Positions 46,842 through 55,041 of a stretch of DNA of 64,000 nt are shown piece by piece. The notes beneath the pieces are model-generated. The model was not told the DNA's origin. It made no database searches and was given only the letters and a program-made list of their open reading frames with translations. The stretch spans positions 32,001-96,000 of the IMG/VR virus record IMGVR_UViG_3300021255_005861; one strand, written 5' to 3'. The number at the start of each line of letters is the position of its first letter. Position 1 is the first letter of the stretch. Source of the DNA: a virus. Lineage: Duplodnaviria > Caudoviricetes. A program made the position numbers and the translations under genes.

Positions 46842-47800
46842 CGTGCAATGAGTTTTAGTCTCATATACGCCCGTACTTGTATATTGGACAGATTTGAATT
46901 ATTTTTTTAGTTCAAGAAAATCCTTAGGAAGTACGGGTTCCTAGGGTTTTTTTTGTACCCATATATGAGTCTAGGCATTGTATGGGCGGGAGCGACTCCC
47001 GTTACGGCGACGGCCCTGGTTTCCACGTAGGAGTGGTTATCCACGGGGGGCTGATAGAAACGAATAGACCGACTACTAGAAAAACCACAATCCATGAACA
47101 GACATAGGCGCGAGCACTGGAGGGGAATCCGAGAGTTGCGCACGAACTGCCTACGGGCAGATGCCCCCATCGGGGGACAGGCGAGAACGCCGAACTGCGG
47201 AAAACAAGTCTGCCGTGAATCCCACGGGCAGTGAGACCGCGACGGAAACCGAGCCAGCGAGCCACGGCGTCCGCACCTAAAGTGAGCGGCTGATGGCGGC
47301 ACGAGAACATGCCATCAGGCTTTCTATAAGGGCAGTGCAGCGGTGCCAGCCATACCCGTCCGAGTGACGCCCAGCACGCGTCACACATCCCGCCTTTTAA
47401 CAGTAATGTTGGTAATTACGTTCGAGAAGCCTGCACACAGGAAGACCGGCGCAGTTGGGCTACGACCCAGTAGAACGTAGCGGAGCAATCCGCCTGTCGC
47501 ACTCCAGACGCATACGAAGCCGGCCATGAGCCGAATTAGCGGTGGAGAGGATAGTCTACTTTCCGTTTTGGGGGGTAAACTGTCCTCTCCACCGCACCGA
47601 GCCGGCGCCGAGCCGAGGCGCGTTGACGAGTTCACGAGTTAATGAGTTGAGGCGTATGAGGATGTGTGGGTGCATACGGCGGGCATGAAGGACGAACGCA
47701 GTTCGGCGTGAATGTGGAATAGGGTGAAGCCTGTGTAGGACGAACGCAGTTCGCCTGGAACACGGCGAACGAGATGACGCCGTATGTGATGGATACGAGT
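46842..47800 (+). ncRNA. candidate large structured RNA or RNA-primed origin region
   Basis: About 1 kb without a credible + ORF; GCGA, TACG, GAAA and GCAA tetraloop hairpins; ~26-bp hairpin 47539-47595. Confidence 0.55.
46922..46954 (+). terminator. attenuator-like terminator
   Basis: 9-bp stem plus T8; loop and arm complementary to 46870-46878. Confidence 0.7.
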
Positions 47801-47923
47801 AAGAGCGTATGACGAGTATAGCGCGTGCTGTGCCACGATGGTTTCTAGGTAGGAGGGCTAGGTAAGAAAAATGTAAGTTGCGATGTGGTAGAGATTTAGG
47901 TATATTTAGACAAGGAGAGACAA

Positions 47924-48361
47924 GTGAGAATCAAGGTTAGCGATAGACAGCGTAACGAGATGTCCCGTGTGGGGAATCTCGGGGAGTTCGAGGTGCAGGT
48001 TTGGAGCAAGGATTGCGGTCCTGCCGTATGGACGCCTGCTCACGTATATATCTATATCCCTCATGTACACGTCTATAGTGAGGTCTCGGGACTGGATGCC
48101 TGCATCAAACTGGCTGAACCTATGTACTTTCCTTACGGCCCACACGTAGATATCCTAAACGAATCGCAGCGTAAGATGTTCAACGAGTTCATGCACCGCC
48201 CGCACCGTACAGGAAAGTTCACATCCAACTACGAGTACGCCGTGTTTCTGTGGAACGACAACAACTCGTCCCACGAGATAGAGTTGAAACTGGACGCTAA
48301 CGGGGAGGTCATTATTCCCGACTATAGCGAAATTGCAAAATATGTACCCAATAGGAGTTAG
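47924..48361 (+). CDS. tagged protein (MRIKVSD...NE-MSRVG)
   Basis: GTG start, AAGGAG RBS. Confidence 0.75.
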   Translation: MRIKVSDRQRNEMSRVGNLGEFEVQVWSKDCGPAVWTPAHVYIYIPHVHVYSEVSGLDACIKLAEPMYFPYGPHVDILNESQRKMFNEFMHRPHRTGKFTSNYEYAVFLWNDNNSSHEIELKLDANGEVIIPDYSEIAKYVPNRS

Positions 48362-48364
48362 TTT

Positions 48365-48895
48365 ATGAATATCCGAGTACGAAATGCCCTGTCGGCGCTT
48401 AATGAGCAGGCTATCAAGATTTCAAGCTATACCGACAAGGCTATAGACCTCAGCGAGCAGATTCTGTATCACTGCTCGTACTTTCTGCTATACAATGCAT
48501 CCCAGACCTTCCCGCATTGGAAGAAGGACGTGTATGCATTCGTTAAGCCGCTCAAGGCGATGGCGGTCAAGTCCGGGGACAAGCAGGAGGCTACTTACGA
48601 GGGGCTTATGGAGGGACCTTGCGGCAAGGACTTCTGCGAGTATCGAGACCCGGAAACTGCCCGCAGGCTGTTCAAGGACATCTATGACAGCGAGGACATT
48701 CCGCATTCGTTCGACTACGATATGGACAATCCGAAGAACCAGGATGTATACTTCGGGGCAATCTCGGCATTCTATAACGAGTTTCTTATCCCGTGGATAG
48801 CACAGACGGACAAATTCCCGGATCCGGAACCCCTAAATTCCGCTATAGATACGTATCTCGTTGCACGGCAGAAGGACTTTGTACAGCCGCTATAA
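48365..48895 (+). CDS. tagged protein (MNIRVRN...LNE), DUF29-like fold possible
   Basis: I..H.........HW motif. Confidence 0.7.
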   Translation: MNIRVRNALSALNEQAIKISSYTDKAIDLSEQILYHCSYFLLYNASQTFPHWKKDVYAFVKPLKAMAVKSGDKQEATYEGLMEGPCGKDFCEYRDPETARRLFKDIYDSEDIPHSFDYDMDNPKNQDVYFGAISAFYNEFLIPWIAQTDKFPDPEPLNSAIDTYLVARQKDFVQPL

Positions 48896-48903
48896 TTACT
48901 CTC

Positions 48904-49647
48904 ATGAGCATAGATGAAGAACTCTGGAAATTCAGCGACATCTTCTTCGAGGAGGAGACGCACCGCTACACGGACTCCTATGGGACTAAGTACACCTCCG
49001 TAACAACGAAGGTCCACGACTTCTGCCCCGAGCAGGACTGGGACGAGATCGCCCGCAAGTACGCCGTGAAGAACGGCAGGGACGTGAACGAGGTCAAGGC
49101 CGAGTGGGACCTGAAGAAGAACATCGCCGCCGACATGGGCACGCAGGTCCACAGTTATATGGAGAACCTGTGGAAGCGCAAGCACTACCGCCCCGAGAAG
49201 CCTATAGGGGACTACGAGAAGAAGCACAAGGTGGGCCTGATGGCGTACGAGAAACTGCGCCGCCGTTTCGTTCCCGTGCGGAACGAGCTTATCGTGTACG
49301 ACCGCGAGTGGGCGGTTTGCGGCACTATAGACTTCCTGTGCTGGGACAAGGGGAAGGGATGCTTGGCCATCCTGGACTGGAAGACGAACGCCAAGATAGA
49401 CCGGGAGAACCCGTACCAGACGTGCATCGGGCCATTGCATGGGATGCCGGACTGCAACTACACGCACTACTCGGCGCAGTTATCCTTGTACAAGGCTATA
49501 GTGGAGCGGAACACGGAGCTCCGGATAGGGGAGTTGGCGCTGGTGCACATCGGGATGGACGACTGGGAGTACATCCCGTGTATCGACCGCTCGGTAGAAA
49601 TTAGAGTATATTTGGATGAACAAAGGAAAAAGAATGCGAATAATTAA
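48904..49647 (+). CDS. PD-(D/E)XK exonuclease (Cas4/RecB-like)
   Basis: H.Y...SVT, GTQVH, E, GTID, DWKT, QLSLY. Confidence 0.85.
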   Translation: MSIDEELWKFSDIFFEEETHRYTDSYGTKYTSVTTKVHDFCPEQDWDEIARKYAVKNGRDVNEVKAEWDLKKNIAADMGTQVHSYMENLWKRKHYRPEKPIGDYEKKHKVGLMAYEKLRRRFVPVRNELIVYDREWAVCGTIDFLCWDKGKGCLAILDWKTNAKIDRENPYQTCIGPLHGMPDCNYTHYSAQLSLYKAIVERNTELRIGELALVHIGMDDWEYIPCIDRSVEIRVYLDEQRKKNANN

Positions 49648-50695
49648 GATGAACCCCGACATGGACGTGCGGGAACAACTAGCGTCCGACATGAACAACT
49701 CCATCTTCCTTGCCGGCCCGTGCCCCCGCAAGGACTACTCCGACGATTGGCGCAACGAGGCCTTCCGCATTCTTGATGAACTCGGCTTCGACGGCAACGT
49801 GATAACCCCTACCAACGACCGCTTCCAGGAACTGCGGGACAACTACGGGAACGACGCCCTCGTACAGCAGACCCGCTGGGAGTACGAGGCCATGAAGAAG
49901 GCCTCCGCCATCGTGTTCTGGGTGGATAGGCATATCGACAGGGGATTCCCCGCCTTCACTACGAACATCGAGTTCGGGGACTGGTATGACAGGGAAGGTA
50001 CCTACTTCGGCTTCCCCGATGGTGCTGACAAGAACGAGTACCTGAAGGTGCGCCTGGACATGGTGGGCAAGCCATACTACACGGAACTGAAGGACGTGCT
50101 CAAGGCAGCGGTGGACGCCCTAAACCGCCCCGGACAGCGGTTTTTCACCTCGGACACGCACTTCTCGCAGGAGAGGACACGTGAACTCTCCCGCAGGCCG
50201 TTCCCCAATCTCTACGAGATGGACCTCGAAATGATTTCCAACTGGAACAAGGCGGTGACGATGAACGACACCGTGTTCCACGCGGGTGACTTCGGGGATA
50301 TCGAGACGATGCGGGACATCCTGTCCTGCCTGAACTACAAGACGCTAGTACTGGTGCTCGGTAACTACGACCGTAAGATAGTGTCCGAGATAGAGAACGA
50401 GCTCTCCATGCTCGGCAGGGACGTCGTAATCTCCTCCGTGGAGAGCTTCGAGGAGGACAGCAAGACATATTACGTGGTGCACGAGCCGGACGAGGGGACG
50501 TACGTGCCGGAATACCCCGAGGGCATCGTGCTGTATGGGCACATCCACGGCAGGTCGTTCGCCAAGCGTAACGGCTTCGACCTGGCTACGGACTACCACC
50601 GCTACACGCCCATCTCGATGGAGCAGGTCAAGTGGTTCGCCAATGCTATCCAATACTGGGACCATAACGTATTTTGTGATAAGGCCTCGGTATGA
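49634..50695 (+). CDS. nucleoside 2-deoxyribosyltransferase-like plus calcineurin-like metallophosphoesterase fusion
   Basis: SIFLAGP..W..WE..TTNIEFG, then SDTHF, GDF, GNYD, GHIH; start approximate. Confidence 0.8.
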   Translation: MRIIKMNPDMDVREQLASDMNNSIFLAGPCPRKDYSDDWRNEAFRILDELGFDGNVITPTNDRFQELRDNYGNDALVQQTRWEYEAMKKASAIVFWVDRHIDRGFPAFTTNIEFGDWYDREGTYFGFPDGADKNEYLKVRLDMVGKPYYTELKDVLKAAVDALNRPGQRFFTSDTHFSQERTRELSRRPFPNLYEMDLEMISNWNKAVTMNDTVFHAGDFGDIETMRDILSCLNYKTLVLVLGNYDRKIVSEIENELSMLGRDVVISSVESFEEDSKTYYVVHEPDEGTYVPEYPEGIVLYGHIHGRSFAKRNGFDLATDYHRYTPISMEQVKWFANAIQYWDHNVFCDKASV

Positions 50696-50946
50696 TTATG
50701 GACAAGTACGGAAACGTTGAATTTGATATTCATTGCAAGATGAAGGCACGCTGGGTGCCCTACTTCATCGCTATGCTCAAGCGGATGCAGGCCAACGGCG
50801 AGGCGGGGCATAGTTCCATCCTCGCCTTCTACGCCGACGGGGACGGGGACTTCCGCCCCAAGTTCGTGGCATCCGTGGACGAGCCCTTCCCGCAGACCCG
50901 CAAGTACCCGGACTGCGAGGTTGAGGAATTGTTCGACGCCGGATAA
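50692..50946 (+). CDS. conserved phage protein
   Basis: RW...F..ML..M...G..GHS....FYADGDGDFRPKF. Confidence 0.75.
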   Translation: MIMDKYGNVEFDIHCKMKARWVPYFIAMLKRMQANGEAGHSSILAFYADGDGDFRPKFVASVDEPFPQTRKYPDCEVEELFDAG

Positions 50947-50952
50947 GAAATA

Positions 50953-51003
50953 TCTTATTTATTTCTTACATTGTGTATTTATTGCCCTTCAATTAGTTAT
51001 ATT
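50953..51003 (+). promoter_or_regulatory. CTTACA-N27-TATATT promoter
   Basis: TCTTATTTATTTCTTACA tandem half-sites. Confidence 0.65.
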
Positions 51004-51040
51004 ATGGTTATACGAAACCACACAACAAGAGGATACCACA

Positions 51041-51535
51041 ATGGCAACAAAACTCGTACTCTTCACTCCCGATGAACTCAAGAAATTCTCCTTCAGCGAC
51101 GGGGCTCTCGCCGCCTACGCCTGGGCACTCGCCAACGCAGGCAAGGTGGACGAGGCCGCCGTCAAGGAGTTCATCGCCACCCGCAACTCCATGGCCGAGG
51201 GATTCCGCGACCTGTGGGAAGTGAAATCGTTCTGCGAGAAGCTCGTAGAAACCATCAAGATGGTGGTCAAGCACGCAATGAACGAGGGCGATGAGAAGGA
51301 TCTCCCCAAGTGTGCCTCGTGGAACGCGCAGACCTTCCAGACCAAGTTCAGCGACCCGGTGGGTGCGGCCAAGATCCTTGCCGAGAAGTTCGGGAAGGAC
51401 ATCGCCGAGTTCACCTGCTCCCTCACGCCCACGCAGGCGATGAAGGTGGCGAACATCAACGAGGACGCACTGACGGAAGCGGTCGGGGAGAACTTCGTCA
51501 AGACCCCGAAGGAACGCACCCTCGTCATCAAGTAG
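51041..51535 (+). CDS. hypothetical protein
   Basis: Start reassigned to MATKLV, GAGG RBS. Confidence 0.75.
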   Translation: MATKLVLFTPDELKKFSFSDGALAAYAWALANAGKVDEAAVKEFIATRNSMAEGFRDLWEVKSFCEKLVETIKMVVKHAMNEGDEKDLPKCASWNAQTFQTKFSDPVGAAKILAEKFGKDIAEFTCSLTPTQAMKVANINEDALTEAVGENFVKTPKERTLVIK

Positions 51536-51544
51536 GCTACTGCC

Positions 51545-51778
51545 ATGACAATGAACGACATGCGAATACTGGAGCGTGCCTACGAGGACGCCCTGCGGGA
51601 GCTTTCTTGCTCGGCCACGGCCATCGCGGACCTCGTGTCTGACGGCCAGCCCGTCCCCGAGGAATTGCTCCGGCGCTATTGGGCGGCGAAACTCGGTGTC
51701 GAGTCCACGCGCCGGGACGTGGAATACTGCCTCTCGCTCGAAATTTCCGAGATTTTGGGCGACATTCCAAAGAAATAA
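51545..51778 (+). CDS. hypothetical protein
   Basis: 77 aa. Confidence 0.55.
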   Translation: MTMNDMRILERAYEDALRELSCSATAIADLVSDGQPVPEELLRRYWAAKLGVESTRRDVEYCLSLEISEILGDIPKK

Positions 51779-51884
51779 TGTATATTTAGGGACGGATCCA
51801 TTCTTCCTTTGGTTTCCGTTGTTGAGGTTCGGGAGGGGGGAGACAATTCCTCCCTCCCGTTTCCCTTAGAAGGAAAGATAACCG

Positions 51885-52649
51885 ATGGTCATATCTATAG
51901 CGATACAGGCGTATTTTGCGCAACTCCGCAAGCTGCTCACGAGGCAGGGCTTCGACGCGTCCACGAAGATAGTGTACGGGGCTGATGCCGAGGGTCCGCA
52001 GAGGCTGCTAGACCAGGACATGGCCGACAAGAAGATGCCGAAGAAGGGGGAAACGGACAGGGAGAACGTGAGGAGCGACCCGTTCACGTACCTGTTCTGG
52101 GACCGCACGTCCCCGCAGAACATCATCCGCCGCTCGATAAACCTGCAGGACGGGAACACGGGGGACACGCGGAACTTCAAGAAGACCGTGTCCATATCGT
52201 TCGCCTTGAACTGCGTGTTCGTGTCCAATAAGGCGAACTTGATAGAGGACTTCGCGGAAGCCTTCGCCGCCGAGTACCAGAACTCCCACACCGTGCCCGT
52301 GAACCTCAAGTACGGGTACGACGACCGCAGAGGGATAGCGCAGGGCGGGTACGACGCGGGCATCAACATTACCTGCATACAGGAACTGGGCAAGGAGGAA
52401 CTCGTGTCCTTCCGCATCGGGGACCTGTTCTCGTACTCGTGGAACGCCACGCTGTATTTGAACGTGGCGTCCGAGTTCGCCACCATCCCGAAGGCCCGCC
52501 TGCGGAAGGTGGTCGTAGACCTGTACAACCCGGAGGGAGTGCCGATAGCCTCCCTGGACGCAGACGGGAAGCCCGAGTGGAAGGAGGAGACCTTTGGGGA
52601 GATTACGAAGACAGTGCCCGAGCGGGCGTACGTTGAGAACAACATGTAG
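51885..52649 (+). CDS. hypothetical protein (possibly tail completion/terminator)
   Basis: 254 aa; function guessed only. Confidence 0.6.
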   Translation: MVISIAIQAYFAQLRKLLTRQGFDASTKIVYGADAEGPQRLLDQDMADKKMPKKGETDRENVRSDPFTYLFWDRTSPQNIIRRSINLQDGNTGDTRNFKKTVSISFALNCVFVSNKANLIEDFAEAFAAEYQNSHTVPVNLKYGYDDRRGIAQGGYDAGINITCIQELGKEELVSFRIGDLFSYSWNATLYLNVASEFATIPKARLRKVVVDLYNPEGVPIASLDADGKPEWKEETFGEITKTVPERAYVENNM

Positions 52650-52718
52650 CAAAATTTTAAGAAAATTATAAGAAGCAGGGCACATTGTTCTGCTTTTTAT
52701 GTATATTTATATCACAAA

Positions 52719-52827
52719 GTACCCAAGGGACTTGGGGAACGGATAAAACCGTTAAGCCTGTTGATACTGGTAAGGATACTTACCTTGAGCAGGAAATCCA
52801 CCGGTCTTTAGCCGGTGGGTAGTTCAT
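52719..52827 (+). ncRNA. orphan TnpB omegaRNA-like scaffold / IS605 right-end remnant
   Basis: Nested hairpins ending CCACCGG-TCTTTAG-CCGGTGGGTAGTTCAT; same terminus as the 4604 element; no tnpB ORF adjacent. Confidence 0.65.
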
Positions 52828-52857
52828 ATTTAAGAGCAAAATAGGAGATTCTTTTTT

Positions 52858-53304
52858 ATGAAATACACAGTAGACAAGGACCTGCGCAACTTCGACTTTT
52901 GGTCGGGTGCAGTGGACAACGCCAAGGAACTCACTACCGAGGAACTCGACCAGCTCGACGGTATCCTGCCGGAATACTTCGGAGAGGAGGTAACGGACAC
53001 GGACATCAACGACATGTTCTGGTTCGAGTTCGAGACCATCGTGCACGCCCTGGGCTACGCCTACATCAACGGAAAGATTGTCCGCGACGTAGACGACATT
53101 CCCGAGGATCTCGCCAAGGATAAGCTTAAGGAGAACCTCGACGGCTTCTTCAAGTACGACGACGAGTCCCTAGAAAAGCTGTACCAGGCCTGCCTCGAGG
53201 ACGGCGACGTGTTCAAGGTCGATGCCGACAACGACGACATCGAGGTGGATTTCACGCTCGTACAGGTACTCGCCAAGGAAGCGGGACTGCCGGAAGAGGA
53301 ATAG
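52858..53304 (+). CDS. acidic phage protein
   Basis: FDFWSGA...LT.EE...INDMFWFE motif. Confidence 0.8.
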   Translation: MKYTVDKDLRNFDFWSGAVDNAKELTTEELDQLDGILPEYFGEEVTDTDINDMFWFEFETIVHALGYAYINGKIVRDVDDIPEDLAKDKLKENLDGFFKYDDESLEKLYQACLEDGDVFKVDADNDDIEVDFTLVQVLAKEAGLPEEE

Positions 53305-53310
53305 TTACCC

Positions 53311-54192
53311 ATGTCCTGGAAGGTGGCATATAAGAACCTGTATGGCGAACTGGAGAGCGAGGTGTTCGACACCCGTGACCAGGCCGACGCACGCTATGAC
53401 GAGCTGTCCCGCAGGTGTGACCTCTACTGGTCCACGCTGCGCGGTGGCGAGGACATACCCGATACCTGCGACATCGACTGGGTGGACGAGCCCGAGGAGG
53501 TGGACGAGGACGGGTCGTCCGCGTGTGCGCTGGGGGCTGTACCCACCGGGATGATAATTCCGAAGAGGAAGACTATGAAAATGAAGGAAAACGAGGAATT
53601 CTGGATTGACGTGGCGGCGCCCGAGTATAGGGGTGCGCCCGCTCCCAAATTCAACCCGAAGGCCATCAACGAGCCCCGCATCCCGGACGGAATGCGATAT
53701 AAGGAATACACGTGGTCCGAGGACGAGTTCACCGATGGTGATGTTATCTTGGACTGGGTGACACAGGAGACCTACACGCCGGAAGACCGCGAGGCCTTCA
53801 AGTCCGAGGTGAAGCGTGCACTCAAGGCGAACGGGTTCAAGGGCAAGGTTCAAGTCAATTTGAACGTCCGCGGCGAGGACGACATCGAGACGTTCTTCAT
53901 CGACATGGGCAAGAACGAGGCGTTCAACGCCAACCGCAAGGACTGGGCTAACGCCGCCAGTTATGACAGGTTCGCCCGTGGCGCCAGCGCGATGTACACG
54001 ATACTCGCCTTCGACCGCCGTATCGACGATGTGCTCGCGGACTACAACGACGCCTTGAAGTACATCCCGCACGGGGTCAACGGCGCGGTAGTGCCGTTTT
54101 TGAGCAAGTACGAGGCCGAGGACCTCTCCGAGGAACTAGCCTCCAAGGGCATCGAGCACTGCGTGTTCAAGCAGACACTGGAGATCGCGTAA
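53311..54192 (+). CDS. multi-module protein
   Basis: 293 aa; KENE and KNE junctions. Confidence 0.7.
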   Translation: MSWKVAYKNLYGELESEVFDTRDQADARYDELSRRCDLYWSTLRGGEDIPDTCDIDWVDEPEEVDEDGSSACALGAVPTGMIIPKRKTMKMKENEEFWIDVAAPEYRGAPAPKFNPKAINEPRIPDGMRYKEYTWSEDEFTDGDVILDWVTQETYTPEDREAFKSEVKRALKANGFKGKVQVNLNVRGEDDIETFFIDMGKNEAFNANRKDWANAASYDRFARGASAMYTILAFDRRIDDVLADYNDALKYIPHGVNGAVVPFLSKYEAEDLSEELASKGIEHCVFKQTLEIA

Positions 54193-54569
54193 TGATTATC
54201 AAGGTACACGAACACAAGGTGAAGGAAGCCGCTGCACTCGTATCCTACGTCATCGTTGCGGCGTTCGGCAAGTACAAGGACAGCAACGGCAGGGAGGGGA
54301 CTCTCTACGACGCCAGCACGATCGTCACGACCCGCGAGTTCGGCACCCCGAAGGAACTCGTGGACTACATCTTCCGCAAGCTGAAGATGAACCCCAGGAA
54401 CTGCACCGTGTCCGAAAAGGATTCCTCCAGTGAGTATTGCCTGGAGATAGTCTACCGCACGAAGGTTACGGCGCAGTCCTATATTGTTTACATCCAAGGG
54501 TACGAGAAACGCGAGATACCCAAGGCTGACGTGTCCGCCGCGTTCTCCTCCGTAATAAAGGAAGGCTGA
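54192..54569 (+). CDS. tagged protein (MIIKVHE)
   Basis: 125 aa. Confidence 0.75.
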   Translation: MIIKVHEHKVKEAAALVSYVIVAAFGKYKDSNGREGTLYDASTIVTTREFGTPKELVDYIFRKLKMNPRNCTVSEKDSSSEYCLEIVYRTKVTAQSYIVYIQGYEKREIPKADVSAAFSSVIKEG

Positions 54570-55036
54570 TGATTATCCGCGTACACGAGAACACTTCATA
54601 TTCCCCGAGGAGCAAGAAGTTCGTCGGGCTAACGTGGTCTATGGATAACCTCTCCGTGGACGACGGCAAGGGCGGCATATTCGAGAAGGACGGCGAGCAC
54701 TACTACACGTGGGACGCCGCCGTTCGCGTGGCCAAGTCCATCCCCGGATGGCACCTGCCCACTCCCTCCGAGTTCGAGAAACTGGCGGAGTACCTCTCCT
54801 ACGAGACGGACTCCACCATGGACGAATTCAACATCGTGCTCGCTGGCGAGGGATTCCTACTCGGCAAGCCCGCTATATACGGGGAAGGCGAGGTTGCCTC
54901 GTTCTGGACATCCGAGTATCTCGTGACGGCAGACCTGCTGGACGACCCGCAGGAACTAGTGGTCGGAAAACTTAGTGATACGTACGGGGACAGCCGATAT
55001 ACGGGCTGCTCCGTACGACTTGTAAAGGAAGGCTAA
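54569..55036 (+). CDS. tagged Fib_succ_major-like protein (MIIRVHE)
   Basis: WSMDNL, YYTWDAA, GWHLPT..EF..L, FWTS, SVRLVK; paralog of 36252. Confidence 0.8.
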   Translation: MIIRVHENTSYSPRSKKFVGLTWSMDNLSVDDGKGGIFEKDGEHYYTWDAAVRVAKSIPGWHLPTPSEFEKLAEYLSYETDSTMDEFNIVLAGEGFLLGKPAIYGEGEVASFWTSEYLVTADLLDDPQELVVGKLSDTYGDSRYTGCSVRLVKEG

Positions 55037-55041
55037 AGAAA

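Noticed and set aside
48904-49647. Cas4 as part of a CRISPR system
   Set aside because: Stand-alone PD-(D/E)XK nuclease common in phages; no array or other cas genes.
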